A DNA stretch of 64,000 nucleotides from an uncultured Candidatus Saccharibacteria bacterium (GTDB lineage Bacteria; Patescibacteriota; Minisyncoccia; Phycocordibacterales; UBA9973). The stretch lies in the NCBI GenBank assembly GCA_964404925.1, contig CAYOLW010000001.1, forward strand, positions 105,408 through 169,407, given 5' to 3'. A program made the translations under genes and the position numbers. The notes under the pieces are model-generated. The model did not search any database and was not told where the DNA came from. It saw only the letters and a list, made by a program, of their open reading frames with translations. Of the stretch, positions 10,415-21,326 are shown one piece after another; positions within the stretch are counted from its first letter, which is position 1; the number at the start of each line of letters is the position of its first letter.

Positions 10415-10438
10415 TGTTTAGACCCGCATAAATAACTT

Positions 10439-10472
10439 GGCCGGTGCTCAATCGAGAGCACCGGCCTTTTTA
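10439..10472 (+). terminator. Intrinsic terminator
   Basis: ggccggtgctc / gagcaccggcc stem followed by a T-run. Confidence 0.85.
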
Positions 10473-10489
10473 ATTTAATATGAATAGAT

Positions 10490-10522
10490 AAAAAAACTCC
10501 GACGTAACGTCGGAGTTTTTTT
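10490..10522. terminator. Intrinsic terminator downstream of rpmB
   Basis: aaaaaaactccgacg-taa-cgtcggagttttttt. Confidence 0.85.
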
Positions 10523-10536
10523 ATTGTAAGTTTTAA

Positions 10537-10779
10537 TTATTTGATCAATCCGGCTTTTTTGAGGGTAGGGTAAACTCCGTTTTTCTTGATGGTTTTGAAT
10601 CCTCGAGTAGTAGCTTCAACGATTACAGTTTTGCCTAATTCTGGCACAAACAATCGTTTCTTTTGCAGATTAATATGTTTCCTGACCTTGCCGGTAGGAT
10701 TGAATTTGGTAGCACGGGTTCTGTTTGAATATCCGCCGCCCACTACACTTGTCTTTTTGGTTATTGCACATGTTTTCAT
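10537..10779 (-). CDS. rpmB: 50S ribosomal protein L28
   Basis: MKTCAITKK...NLQKKRLF...KTIKKNG pattern. Confidence 0.85.
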   Translation of the reverse strand: MKTCAITKKTSVVGGGYSNRTRATKFNPTGKVRKHINLQKKRLFVPELGKTVIVEATTRGFKTIKKNGVYPTLKKAGLIK

Positions 10780-10810
10780 AACAGTGTTTGCATGCTATCA
10801 TAGAATCTAC

Positions 10811-11428
10811 ATGAACGCAATAGATACCATATTCTTCCTGGCCGTACTTATAATGTCAGTGGTTATACACGAAGTCTCTCACGGCTTTATGGCAGAATAC
10901 CTGGGGGACAAGACTGCTCGTTTGGCCGGCCGTTTGACCCTGAACCCTATTCGCCATTTAGACCTATTTGGTTCTGTTATACTACCTGCAATCTTGTATT
11001 TTAGTACTGGTTTTGCCTTTGGTTGGGCGAGGCCTGTACCATATAACCCAGCAAATCTAAGGAATGAAAGGTGGGGTACGGTGGCGGTGGCTGCAGCTGG
11101 GATACTGGCCAATATTTTTATTGCTTTATTTTTTGGATTAATGCTACGGGGTTTATACCCAGGTTACGCATCAGAGAATTTAGTTTCTTTTGTTTCGTCT
11201 ATAGTTTTCGTAAATTTAGCCCTGGCTTTCTTTAACCTGGTGCCGATTCCTCCGCTTGATGGATCTAAGATTCTTTTTGGTATACTGCCATTTCGCTTTT
11301 CTGCTGCCGTAAACGTAATTGAGCGTTACTCTTTGTTTTTGTTAATAGCGTTCATTTTCTTTTTTTCTCAATACTTATCCCCAATTATAATTCATGCTTT
11401 TCAACTAATAACAGGGATTAACCTGTAG
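10811..11428 (+). CDS. Site-2 protease (peptidase M50)
   Basis: HEVSHG, GRLTLNP, FNLVPIPPLDGSK; start trimmed to ATG 10811. Confidence 0.93.
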   Translation: MNAIDTIFFLAVLIMSVVIHEVSHGFMAEYLGDKTARLAGRLTLNPIRHLDLFGSVILPAILYFSTGFAFGWARPVPYNPANLRNERWGTVAVAAAGILANIFIALFFGLMLRGLYPGYASENLVSFVSSIVFVNLALAFFNLVPIPPLDGSKILFGILPFRFSAAVNVIERYSLFLLIAFIFFFSQYLSPIIIHAFQLITGINL

Positions 11429-11537
11429 GCCCAGACTAAAGGGGACTTGCAATTTTTTCTAACCTATAGTAGATTACTTGCGTGCACATAGAGTCCTTGA
11501 GACTCTTTTAATTTACATACACATACACAAACACAGA

Positions 11538-11957
11538 ATGCCAACAATTAATCAATTAGTCAGAAAAAGCCGCAAGGCACCAAAAGGTAAAGACAAGACT
11601 GTGGCTTTAACTCGCGGATTTAACCTGCTTAAGAACAAGCCGGTTTATTACTCTTCACCATTTAAAAGAGGTGTTTGTACCAAAGTTACAACTACCACTC
11701 CAAAAAAGCCTAACTCTGCTCTCCGAAAGATTGCTCGTGTACGATTAACTAACGGTATGGAAGTTACTGCTTATATTCCAGGTGAAGGACACAACCTACA
11801 GGAACACTCAGTGGTTATGCTTCGAGGAGGTCGTGTTAAAGACTTGATTGGAGTACGTTATCACATCGTTCGTGGTGTATTAGATACCCAAGGTGTAGAA
11901 AAACGACGACAAGGACGATCTCTATACGGTAACAAGAAACCAAAAGATAAAAAATAA
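11538..11957 (+). CDS. rpsL: 30S ribosomal protein S12
   Basis: [24 protein letters not shown]. Confidence 0.99.
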   Translation: MPTINQLVRKSRKAPKGKDKTVALTRGFNLLKNKPVYYSSPFKRGVCTKVTTTTPKKPNSALRKIARVRLTNGMEVTAYIPGEGHNLQEHSVVMLRGGRVKDLIGVRYHIVRGVLDTQGVEKRRQGRSLYGNKKPKDKK

Positions 11958-11963
11958 AATTAT

Positions 11964-12434
11964 ATGCGACGTAAAGTAAAAAATCGAAATAAAGTAAATC
12001 CAGACTTCGTTTACAACTCACCAAAGCTTGAGAAGTTTATCAACTACATGATGATTGCTGGCAAGAAGGAAACTGCTCGCAAGATCGTTTATGGAGCTTT
12101 TGAAGTAATCAAAGAAAAGACTGGTAATCCAAATCCTCTAGAAGTTTTTGACCTAGCAATGAAAAACGCTGGCCCCCTCACAGAAGTACGATCCAAGCGT
12201 ATCGGTGGTGCAAACTACCAGGTACCCCGAGAAGTACGTGCTGAACGCAGACTTGCGCTCGCTATGCGATGGATTCGTGATGCTGCTCGCGGCAAGAAGG
12301 GAAGTCCAATGCATATCAAACTAGCTGACGAATTAATTGCTGCATCTAAGAACGAAGGTTCTGCTGTGAAGAAGAAAGACGATACTCACAAGATGGCAGA
12401 TGCCAACAAAGCCTTCGCCCACTTCGCTTGGTAA
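11964..12434 (+). CDS. rpsG: 30S ribosomal protein S7
   Basis: RIGGANYQVP, HKMADANKAFAH. Confidence 0.99.
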   Translation: MRRKVKNRNKVNPDFVYNSPKLEKFINYMMIAGKKETARKIVYGAFEVIKEKTGNPNPLEVFDLAMKNAGPLTEVRSKRIGGANYQVPREVRAERRLALAMRWIRDAARGKKGSPMHIKLADELIAASKNEGSAVKKKDDTHKMADANKAFAHFAW

Positions 12435-12445
12435 TTGAAACATTC

Positions 12446-12515
12446 AAAAGCCCTGTTGTTTTTCTCGGGTCCTCGGGTCAATTCTAGAGACCACTCGAAA
12501 AACAACAGGGCTTTT
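12446..12515. repeat. 19-bp inverted repeat (terminator-like) between rpsG and fusA
   Basis: aaaagccctgttgtttttc / gaaaaacaacagggctttt; loop contains caattctagagacca. Confidence 0.8.
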
Positions 12516-12619
12516 TTCTTTGCTAGTTCATTTTGTTTGCAAAAAGTAGCTTTGTAGGTTATATTGCACTTAGCGCTAGGACGCGCTTTTTTATTAGTTG
12601 TTATTAATTTTAATTATAT

Positions 12620-14770
12620 ATGGAAAGAGATTATCCACTAGAGAAAGTTAGAAATTTCGGGATTATTGCACACATCGATGCTGGTAAGACTACCACTACC
12701 GAGCGCGTGCTTTTTTATACAGGTGTGTCACATAAAATAGGTGAAGTTCACGATGGTGAAACCACTACCGACTGGATGGAACAGGAGCGAGAGAGAGGTA
12801 TCACTATTACCTCCGCTGCGGTAACCTGTTTCTGGACACCAACTTATGCTGCGCCGACAGATAAGAAATTGAAACATCGTTTCAACATCATCGATACTCC
12901 TGGGCACATTGACTTTACTGTTGAGGTAAAGCGTTCACTTCGCGTACTTGACGGTGCGGTTGTTGTGTTTGACGGTGTGGCTGGTGTAGAACCTCAGTCT
13001 GAAACCAACTGGCGTTATGCTGATGAAGCTAATGTTCCACGTATTTGTTTTATCAACAAGCTCGACCGAACAGGCGCGTCCTTTGAACACTCATATAAAA
13101 CGATCTTAGATCGTCTAACCAAAAAAGCAGTTCGTTTACAAATACCTATTGGACTTGAAGATAAACACGAAGGTGTTATTGATCTTTTGAAAATGAAGGC
13201 CTTCTATTTCGAAGGAGATATGGGTAACCAAGTTCTTGAAAAAGATATTCCAGAAGAATACAAAAAAGAAGCAGAAGGTTATCACGCAGAACTTATTGAA
13301 AAGATTGTTGAGCAAGATGATGCTTTAATGACTGAATACCTAGAAGGTATTGTGCCAAGCGCAGATACTCTTAAAAAAGTATTGCGTAAAGCTGTAATTG
13401 CTAACAATATTTTCCCAGTTTTTGCTGGTAGCGCTCTTAAAAACAAGGGAGTGCAGTTAGTGCTTGATGCTGTTGTAGACTACCTACCGGCACCAACTGA
13501 TATTCCACCTATCCCTGGTATTGACCCGAACACAGAAGAACCAACAGTTCGTAAAGCCTCAGATGCAGAACCTTTCTCAGCACTTGCTTTCAAGGTTGCT
13601 ACCGATCCATTCGTAGGACAGATTATTTTCTTCCGAGTATATTCTGGTTCTCTTTCTGCTGGAAGTTATATTTATAACCCCCGAACTAGAAACAAAGAAA
13701 GAATTGGACGTATTCTGCGAATGCACGCTAATGATCGAGAAGAAGTAAAGAAAGTATATGCAGGAGAAATTGCAGCTGCTGTAGGACTTAAAGACACCAT
13801 TACTTCTGATACTATTTGTGATGAAAATGCACCAGTAGAATTGAACAGAATAGTTTTCCCAGAGCCTGTTATTTCTTTGCGTATTGAACCAAAGACAAAA
13901 GCTGACCAAGAAAAAATGGGTATGGCACTTAACCGCCTTGCTCAAGAAGACCCAACCTTTAGAGTTACAACTGATCAAGAAACAGGGGAGACAATCATCG
14001 CAGGTATGGGAGAACTACACCTTGAAATTATCGTTGATCGTCTGAAGCGCGAGTTTACAGTAGAAGCAAATGTTGGTAAGCCACAGGTTGCATACCGAGA
14101 AACTATTAACGGAAACTCTGAAACTGAAGGTAAATACATCAAACAGTCTGGTGGACGTGGTAACTACGGTCATGTGAAGATTAAGGTTAAGCCAATGGTT
14201 GCTTTAACCAAAGAAGAAATCGAAGACCTGCCAAAGAACACCAAGCGATCTGAAGGATTCGAATTCATCAACAGTATCAAAGGAGGTGCTATTCCTCAGG
14301 AATATATTGCCCCTTGTGAAAAAGGCTTCAAAGAAGGACTTGATCGAGGTATCTTGGCTGGATTTAAAATGGTTAATGTTTCAGTAGAACTTTGGGACGG
14401 ATCTTTCCACGAAGTGGACTCCAACGAAATGGCTTTCAAAATCGCAGCTTCTATGGCTATCCAAGATGCATGTCGTGCTGCTCGTCCAGTAATACTTGAA
14501 CCGATGATGAAGGTTGAAGTAGTAACTCCAGATAAATTCATGGGTGATGTTACAGGAAACTTGTCATCTAAACGTGGACTTATCGAAGGTATGGAAGACC
14601 GAGGAATGAATAAGGTTGTTAAGGCTGTAGTACCATTATCTGAAATGTTCGGTTACATGACAGGCTTGCGTTCTATGACCGAAGGACGTGCGTCTTTCAC
14701 AATGGAATTCCTAAGGTATGATATCGTGCCTCAAAACGTAGCTGACACTATAATTGCAGCTAGAAAGTAA
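12620..14770 (+). CDS. fusA: Elongation factor G
   Basis: [30 protein letters not shown]. Confidence 0.99.
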   Translation: MERDYPLEKVRNFGIIAHIDAGKTTTTERVLFYTGVSHKIGEVHDGETTTDWMEQERERGITITSAAVTCFWTPTYAAPTDKKLKHRFNIIDTPGHIDFTVEVKRSLRVLDGAVVVFDGVAGVEPQSETNWRYADEANVPRICFINKLDRTGASFEHSYKTILDRLTKKAVRLQIPIGLEDKHEGVIDLLKMKAFYFEGDMGNQVLEKDIPEEYKKEAEGYHAELIEKIVEQDDALMTEYLEGIVPSADTLKKVLRKAVIANNIFPVFAGSALKNKGVQLVLDAVVDYLPAPTDIPPIPGIDPNTEEPTVRKASDAEPFSALAFKVATDPFVGQIIFFRVYSGSLSAGSYIYNPRTRNKERIGRILRMHANDREEVKKVYAGEIAAAVGLKDTITSDTICDENAPVELNRIVFPEPVISLRIEPKTKADQEKMGMALNRLAQEDPTFRVTTDQETGETIIAGMGELHLEIIVDRLKREFTVEANVGKPQVAYRETINGNSETEGKYIKQSGGRGNYGHVKIKVKPMVALTKEEIEDLPKNTKRSEGFEFINSIKGGAIPQEYIAPCEKGFKEGLDRGILAGFKMVNVSVELWDGSFHEVDSNEMAFKIAASMAIQDACRAARPVILEPMMKVEVVTPDKFMGDVTGNLSSKRGLIEGMEDRGMNKVVKAVVPLSEMFGYMTGLRSMTEGRASFTMEFLRYDIVPQNVADTIIAARK

Positions 14771-14789
14771 TCTTTTAAAAATCTTAAAG

Positions 14790-14820
14790 ATGAAAAAAGA
14801 GCCCCAGGCTCTTTTTTCAT
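14790..14820. terminator. Intrinsic terminator after fusA
   Basis: atgaaaaaagagcc-cca-ggctcttttttcat. Confidence 0.85.
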
Positions 14821-14839
14821 GTATGCTATAATCAACAAT

Positions 14840-16366
14840 ATGTTAGAAAAAATAAAAAGTTTTATAATTCGTAAGAAATTACTAGTGCTTGTTGTTGTAG
14901 TTTTGCTGGTTGCTGGTTATTTCGTTTTAAACGAAAACAACACTTCAAACTATGCTTTTATAACACCAACCAAAGGCACCTTGACTCGCACAGTACGAGC
15001 AACTGGTCAGGTGGTATCAGCTGTGGACTTGGACCTTTCTTTTTCAAAGTCTGGTTTTGTTAGTCTGGTTAAAGTAGCTGTGGGGGATAAGGTTAAAAAA
15101 GGTGATGTATTGCTTAGCCTAGATGCGGGTGGTGATTTGGCTAATGTAACTAAAGCCCGAGCAGCCTTGCTGGGGGCTGAAGCTAAGCTCAAGAAGACAA
15201 TTGACGGAGCTTCAAATGAAGAAATTTCTCTGGCACGAGTTAATTTAGAAAACGCTAAACAAGATTTAATTAACACAAAAAATACACAAAACACTCTTGT
15301 ATCAAATGCTTATAGTAAACTGCTGAACTCTACTCCAGAGGCATTGCCTGGAGGTTCTCAGAGTACTACCGTTATAGCACCAACCATTAGTGGTACTTAT
15401 AATCTATCTAAAGAATCATCAATCAATATCAATATTTACACTACTGGCAACGGTTTGATGTTTTCTACTAGTGGTGCTGTTGCAAGTGAGGGGGTTGTTA
15501 GCACTACCACACCGCAACCCATAGGTAATTCTGGTCTATACATTCTATTTTCTTCAACATCTAATATTAGTAACTCTAATTGGGTGCTTAATTTTCCCAA
15601 CAAAAAAGCAGCTGATTACCTCACCAATGAAAATGTATATCAATCTGCGTTAAATACCAAAGAAGCAGCTATATCTAGTGCGCAGTCTTTGGTAAATCAG
15701 CGTGAAGCAGAACTTAATCTGAAGCTAGCTGCGGCCCGTGATGCAGATATAGATTTGGCCAAGGCAGATGTCCTGTCTGCTCAAGGTGGGTTAGAACAAG
15801 CACAAAATACTTATAGCGATAATATAATTAAAGCTCCAGCTAACGGAACTATTACAAAGCTTGATACAAAGTATGGTGAATTGGCTACTTCAAACTCACC
15901 AGTTATCACTCTTGAAGACATTGATAATTTGTACGTTGAAGCTTTAATCAATGAATCAAATATTTCTGAAATAGCGCTTAATCAATCTGTGAGTGTTGTT
16001 TTTGATGCTTTGCCTGGCCAACAATTTACAGGCACTGTGTACCACATCGACCCTTCTTCTCTGACTTCTGATGGGGTAGTGAACTACAAAATTAAAGTTT
16101 TATTGAATGACAAGAACCCAAACATACGATCTGGCATGAATGCTGAAATTGCCATTACAATTAAAAGTAAAGAAAACGTACTTTCAATACCTGAGGCTTC
16201 TATCAAAAACGTAGATGGTAAAAAATTTGTTGATGTTGCGACTGGAAAAGATAAAAGTGATTTAACCCAAACAGAGATTGTAACCGGTGAAAGCGGTGAC
16301 GGTAATATGATTGAAGTAGTGTCTGGTTTGACTGAGGACGCTAGCATAGCAATTGTCGAAAAATAA
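14840..16366 (+). CDS. Efflux periplasmic adaptor (HlyD/MacA-like)
   Basis: N-terminal TM, VGDKVKKGD lipoyl-like motif, coiled coil, IKAPANGTI, RSGMNA. Confidence 0.88.
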   Translation: MLEKIKSFIIRKKLLVLVVVVLLVAGYFVLNENNTSNYAFITPTKGTLTRTVRATGQVVSAVDLDLSFSKSGFVSLVKVAVGDKVKKGDVLLSLDAGGDLANVTKARAALLGAEAKLKKTIDGASNEEISLARVNLENAKQDLINTKNTQNTLVSNAYSKLLNSTPEALPGGSQSTTVIAPTISGTYNLSKESSININIYTTGNGLMFSTSGAVASEGVVSTTTPQPIGNSGLYILFSSTSNISNSNWVLNFPNKKAADYLTNENVYQSALNTKEAAISSAQSLVNQREAELNLKLAAARDADIDLAKADVLSAQGGLEQAQNTYSDNIIKAPANGTITKLDTKYGELATSNSPVITLEDIDNLYVEALINESNISEIALNQSVSVVFDALPGQQFTGTVYHIDPSSLTSDGVVNYKIKVLLNDKNPNIRSGMNAEIAITIKSKENVLSIPEASIKNVDGKKFVDVATGKDKSDLTQTEIVTGESGDGNMIEVVSGLTEDASIAIVEK

Positions 16367-17637
16367 TGTCATTAAATACTAAAAATTCTTTTAAAAGAAA
16401 TGTCCGAGTTGGTTGGTTTCTAGCTAGACGTGAGTTAAAACGTGCCAATATATGGACCACCACCCTTATTGTAGCGGTGATGACCTTAACCTTTCTGAAT
16501 TTGGTTGTAGTTTCAGGTATTCTGATTGGGCTTATTCAAGGTTCTGAAGATGCACAGAAGAAATACGCTATTGGTGATATCATCATTTCTCCTTTCTTGA
16601 GTCGTACTACAATTCTACAAACTCCCGAAGTTGAAAGCATTGTAAAAACAATCCCAGGTTATAGAAATCATACTGTACGGTATGCGGGCTCAGCTAGGGT
16701 AGAGGACACCTATCGTGAGACCACCAAACCTGGTGAGAAGAAGGGTGGAGCAGGCGCACCTATTTTAGGTATTGATCCAAAAGAAGAAGATAAATTTTCT
16801 GGAGTTTCTAAATTTGTTCTGCGTGGTGAGTACTTGGACGAGAACGATGCAGACAGTATTCTGATTGGTAAGAATTTTCTTTATGAATTTACCCCGATTG
16901 ATGCACCTGGATTTGAGAGTTTGAAAAACACTGATGTTGGTTCTAGAGTAAAACTCACTTCTGGAAATTTAGAAAAAGAATATTTCGTCAAAGGTATTCT
17001 AAGTTCTAAAGTAGATACTTTTGACTTTTCGGTAGTGATGCTTGCCAGCGAAGCCAGAAAGTTATCAAATCAAACTGATTTAAACGCAGGTTCAATAGCA
17101 ATACAATTACAACCAGGCGTTGACCCAAATGTAGCAAAACAATTCTTGTTAGACAGTGGAGTGGGGGATTGGGCTCGAGTACAGACGGCTGAAGAAGCTT
17201 TCCCTAAATTCTTGAAAGATATTAAAGCAACTTTCGGTATATTGGGTTCAGCTATATCTGGTATTGGTTTGGTTGTAGCATCTATCACAATATTTATTGT
17301 TATATTCGTGAACGCGATAACTCGCCGAAGGTATATTGGTATATTGAAAGGTATCGGTATTAACAAGCAAGCCATATTGTTTTCCTATATGTATCAGGCA
17401 ACCATCTATGCTTCGCTTGGTATCTTGTTCGGTATGGTCTTAACTTTTGGATTAATCAAACCTTATTTCACTGAAAATCCGATAGACTTCCCATTCTCAG
17501 ATGGAATTTTAGTAGCCACTCTGTCTGGAACTATGACTCGTGCTTTTATCCTACTTATAACCACCATGATTGCCGGTTATATACCAGCTAGAATCGTTAT
17601 TAAACAAAACACATTATCAGCAATCTTAGGAAGATAA
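16366..17637 (+). CDS. ABC transporter permease (FtsX/MacB/LolE family)
   Basis: N-terminal TM, large external loop, RRRYIGILKGIG, AGYIPA. Confidence 0.9.
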   Translation: MSLNTKNSFKRNVRVGWFLARRELKRANIWTTTLIVAVMTLTFLNLVVVSGILIGLIQGSEDAQKKYAIGDIIISPFLSRTTILQTPEVESIVKTIPGYRNHTVRYAGSARVEDTYRETTKPGEKKGGAGAPILGIDPKEEDKFSGVSKFVLRGEYLDENDADSILIGKNFLYEFTPIDAPGFESLKNTDVGSRVKLTSGNLEKEYFVKGILSSKVDTFDFSVVMLASEARKLSNQTDLNAGSIAIQLQPGVDPNVAKQFLLDSGVGDWARVQTAEEAFPKFLKDIKATFGILGSAISGIGLVVASITIFIVIFVNAITRRRYIGILKGIGINKQAILFSYMYQATIYASLGILFGMVLTFGLIKPYFTENPIDFPFSDGILVATLSGTMTRAFILLITTMIAGYIPARIVIKQNTLSAILGR

Positions 17638-17639
17638 AA

Positions 17640-18317
17640 ATGATTCAAATTAAAAATCTAACGAAAATATTTCAAAGTGGAGATGCTGAGATTATTGCTT
17701 TAAACAATCTTACTTTTTCTGTACCAGAAGGGCAGTTCCTGACAGTTACTGGCAAATCAGGTAGTGGTAAATCAACCTTGCTTTATCAGCTTGGGCTACT
17801 TGATTTACCAACCTCTGGAGATGTGTATATAGACGGTATTGAATACACTAAACTTGATGAGAATTCTCGCACACTGTCGCGTTTAAATGACCTGGGGTAT
17901 ATATTCCAAGACTATGCTATTTTGCCTTCACTCACGGCGCTTGAGAACACAATGCTGCCACTCCTCATGCAGGGGTACGATATGAAAGAATCAGAAGAAA
18001 AGGCGAAAAAGGCACTAGACAAGGTTGGATTGCTTGACCGTATGAATAATTTGCCTTCGGCCCTATCCGGAGGTCAGCAGCAGCGTGTATCTATTGCACG
18101 AGCGATATCGCACGAGCCGAAAATTATCTTTGCTGATGAACCAACAGCGAACCTGGACTCTGAGACATCCAAGCACGTCATTGATGCTTTTGTAAAATTA
18201 AACCAAGAAGGGCAGACCATAATTATGGTAACCCACGAAGAAGAATATGCCCGCCTGGCACACCGCACCATCACCATGGCTGATGGAAGTATTGTTTCTG
18301 ATACAATGAACCGCTAA
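17640..18317 (+). CDS. ABC transporter ATP-binding protein (LolD/MacB-like)
   Basis: GKSGSGKST, LSGGQQQR, ADEPT, VTH. Confidence 0.95.
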   Translation: MIQIKNLTKIFQSGDAEIIALNNLTFSVPEGQFLTVTGKSGSGKSTLLYQLGLLDLPTSGDVYIDGIEYTKLDENSRTLSRLNDLGYIFQDYAILPSLTALENTMLPLLMQGYDMKESEEKAKKALDKVGLLDRMNNLPSALSGGQQQRVSIARAISHEPKIIFADEPTANLDSETSKHVIDAFVKLNQEGQTIIMVTHEEEYARLAHRTITMADGSIVSDTMNR

Positions 18318-18332
18318 GCCCATAGGCTAAAT

Positions 18333-19133
18333 CTATTTAGAAATATTGCAGACAACAGCCATGTGGTCGCTGACTCCGTCTTTTAATACAACGTTTGTTA
18401 CTGTGTAAGTAGGAGTAGTAAAAACCACATCTACCATGAGAGGTAAAGATCCGGCTCTGTGTAAAGACCCATCAATGCTTGTTTTGTAGATTTCTGGAAT
18501 ATTATCCTTTAATTTTTCAGCAAACAAAGCAAAGTTCTTCTGCCCTCGGGGGCAATTAGTGTCTGCACAGAAAACAAATTCACCCATATTGGAAAATATT
18601 TCGAGGAGTCTTGTTGCATCCTCAGATTGTTGTGTTGTTGAAGGTTCATCTATATCCCAAACAAATTCGTCCGTTACCTGGTTCATGTATCCATAATATG
18701 CCCAAGTGAAGTGTGTATTCGCGAAAACAAATTCTTCTTCACCTTTATTTATTTTTACAAAAAGAACTTTTCTGGCGTATTGTGAATTTGCACTATTTTT
18801 GTTTTCTTTTTTCTCTGAATGTGTTTTTGTCTCTATTGGATCTAGGCTTGCAATCTGGTTTGTATAAGGGATAGATTCGTGAGATAAAATGGGGCAGCGT
18901 GATAGTACGGCTACTCCTTGGTTGTGTACTGCACCACCAGCGTCTTTAAATATTAACTGGGAGTCAAATACTCCTGTTAAGTTAAGTTCCTTAGTCAGTA
19001 ATTCAAAATCAGGTTGGAAAATTTCTTGAAGGCAGATCACATCAGGATCCTCGTTTTTTAGAAAAGATAAAACCGCTGGGATGTGTTTATTTGTTTGAAT
19101 GTTTAAAGAAACTAGTTTTAAATTTGTGGACAT
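18333..19133 (-). CDS. Endonuclease/exonuclease/phosphatase (EEP) family protein
   Basis: SLNI, DVICLQE, NTHF, ADTN, SDH. Confidence 0.9.
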   Translation of the reverse strand: MSTNLKLVSLNIQTNKHIPAVLSFLKNEDPDVICLQEIFQPDFELLTKELNLTGVFDSQLIFKDAGGAVHNQGVAVLSRCPILSHESIPYTNQIASLDPIETKTHSEKKENKNSANSQYARKVLFVKINKGEEEFVFANTHFTWAYYGYMNQVTDEFVWDIDEPSTTQQSEDATRLLEIFSNMGEFVFCADTNCPRGQKNFALFAEKLKDNIPEIYKTSIDGSLHRAGSLPLMVDVVFTTPTYTVTNVVLKDGVSDHMAVVCNISK

Positions 19134-19365
19134 TAGATATGATTTTATACCATCCAGTACTGTTTAATCAAATTGCGCACTAAGATTAATCTATGCCCAA
19201 GACGAACCAAATCATTTTTCTAACTACCAAAGCACCGTCGAGCCGCGCGGGGACTGCATTGAGGTTTTAAACACCTCACAATTCTTCGCCGGTGAATTCG
19301 GTGGTAATAACGGTACGGCATCAATCTGTTTTGAGTTTCCATCTACTTGTGGAGCAGAGATCCAC

Positions 19366-20616
19366 TTGAACAGTAACCACGTAGTTGATTTCTTGCAATT
19401 TACAAGAGAAGACGGAACTAAATCAGGAATTATTGGGGTTGGTAAATCCGATTTTAACCCAATTGAAAATTTGGTCGTTGGTGAAGTTACCATATTTCCT
19501 TTTAATTTTTCGTCAGCCAGAGTATTCCAAGGACCAATTCAAGTAGATGTTTCAGAAGACGGGTTTATTGTTGAAAAACTTGCAGACGGTGCAGTGGGGG
19601 ACATGTTTGTAAATGCTGACCTGTATAATTTCACTGCTACAGTTTTATCAAACCAGTCTAATTTCACAAATTGGTCGGTGGAATGCAAACCAGTAAATAT
19701 CTGTTTAGATTATCAGTCCGTTCAGTATGCCGTTGCCTGTCCTGGCGAAGACCTTTTTCTCGTGTCCAAATGTTACGATCAAGATTATAAAACCACATGG
19801 TTAAATCCGTACGGTGATACCATTATCTGTGACAAAGACACGCTTAGAGTCAATAACCCAGTTCCGGTAGGTTTGTATCAATGGATAACCCCATGCAATA
19901 AGGGGTATGTATTGGTCTACCATCCAGACTCAATCCGTATAGAGGCGAAACAAGTTTTTTGTTCGTCAAAACAAAAACTTTTTCTGCCTACGGGGCTAAA
20001 AGGCGATTGGTCTAGCAGCGCTAAAAACGTTAATTACATTTATGTTAGTCAGCCTGGATGGTATTTTGTCACAGTTTCCGATTGCCTTATTGATTCTATT
20101 TTTGCGGAACCACAGTATAAGGCTATTGATCTCGAATTAAACTTTGCGCCGAACGTTGACACTTTATTGTTCAATAAAGAACTAGATATCTCTGTCGATG
20201 CAATTAGTAATGTAAATATTATGTGGTACAAAGATGGCAGTCCCGTTGGAGGCTATCTCAGAAGACCAGGCCTGTACACTATTATTGGTACATTGGATGA
20301 ATGCCGAGAGTATGACACTCTTCTCATGATCCCGCATTTGTTTTCTGAATGCGATTGGGATGTCTATAAACCTAATGTTTTTTCCCCAAATGATGACGGG
20401 GACAATGATCTGTTTCAGGTATTTGGACCCGACGGATCAGTTTCAGAAATATGGGTTTATAACAGGTGGGGAGGGTTAATATACTCTGGCCATGCTTGGG
20501 ACGGTACTTGTGGTGGTAAAGAGCTTCAACCCGATGTATATACATTTCGTGCTCATGTTGTTTGGAAATTCGAAGAGTGTAATAAAATCTACGGAGACGT
20601 TACCCTGATTAGGTGA
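19366..20616 (+). CDS. Cys-rich protein with gliding-motility-associated / T9SS type B C-terminal sorting domain; possibly 5'-truncated
   Basis: C-terminal PNVFSPNDDGDND...YNRWG...WDG...GDVTLIR; frame is open from 19168 with no start codon until TTG 19366. Confidence 0.8.
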   Translation: MNSNHVVDFLQFTREDGTKSGIIGVGKSDFNPIENLVVGEVTIFPFNFSSARVFQGPIQVDVSEDGFIVEKLADGAVGDMFVNADLYNFTATVLSNQSNFTNWSVECKPVNICLDYQSVQYAVACPGEDLFLVSKCYDQDYKTTWLNPYGDTIICDKDTLRVNNPVPVGLYQWITPCNKGYVLVYHPDSIRIEAKQVFCSSKQKLFLPTGLKGDWSSSAKNVNYIYVSQPGWYFVTVSDCLIDSIFAEPQYKAIDLELNFAPNVDTLLFNKELDISVDAISNVNIMWYKDGSPVGGYLRRPGLYTIIGTLDECREYDTLLMIPHLFSECDWDVYKPNVFSPNDDGDNDLFQVFGPDGSVSEIWVYNRWGGLIYSGHAWDGTCGGKELQPDVYTFRAHVVWKFEECNKIYGDVTLIR

Positions 20617-20646
20617 CAAAAAAAGAAAAAATGGAACCAATAACTT

Positions 20647-20688
20647 AGGCCCGGTACGCGCAGATCAATCATTGCGTATCGGGCCTTT
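20647..20688 (+). terminator. Hairpin terminator after the T9SS-CTD gene
   Basis: aggcccggtacgc / gcgtatcgggcct. Confidence 0.65.
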
Positions 20689-20743
20689 AAATTTTCCCAT
20701 ATGTCCGATAGGAAAGCGGGGTTATGTCCTTTATGTGTTTTAT

Positions 20744-20926
20744 TTATTCTTGGCAAATATCAATGTTCGGGAAAGATTCGGAAAAAGCTTTTTTTAAAGC
20801 CTCTTTATGACTCATACTTCGAGAATTGTGTATTGCCTTGTCTTTAAAAGAATCTAAGGCTTCCATAAAGGTATCATCTTCTAGGGTTGGTGGCATTAAC
20901 TTTTTTTCAAATTTTTGTTCATTCAT
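20744..20926 (-). CDS. Small hypothetical protein
   Basis: ATG ORF; no motif. Confidence 0.45.
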   Translation of the reverse strand: MNEQKFEKKLMPPTLEDDTFMEALDSFKDKAIHNSRSMSHKEALKKAFSESFPNIDICQE

Positions 20927-21053
20927 AGATTAATTATATACCTATAAAAAATTTTTGCGACATTACAAAAAAACTATAAGTTCTTGTTTTTCCGCTCAAA
21001 TGTACTATAGTGAGCGAAATAATTCATTGAAATAAAATAACATATCTCATCTC

Positions 21054-21326
21054 ATGGACAATAAAAGCGCTCAGTACTGGCTTCCGGTGATCCTGCTAGA
21101 TCTAAGGAAGCCCGAGAACATGGACAAGGGGAGAGAATTTTTCTCCGAATATGCCAAAAAATACGTTCTTCCGATTAGTGTTCAGTACGCTACTCTAAAA
21201 CATAGAAATATGTTGAAAGAACGATTTTTTGTGACACTTGGCCCAATTCGGCATATTTTCGAACGCACAGTCACCTCAATGCTTTTTTCTTTTCACGTAA
21301 GTGAGTGGGAAAAAGTCTCATCTTAA
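21054..21326 (+). CDS. Hypothetical protein
   Basis: ATG ORF; no motif. Confidence 0.45.
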   Translation: MDNKSAQYWLPVILLDLRKPENMDKGREFFSEYAKKYVLPISVQYATLKHRNMLKERFFVTLGPIRHIFERTVTSMLFSFHVSEWEKVSS

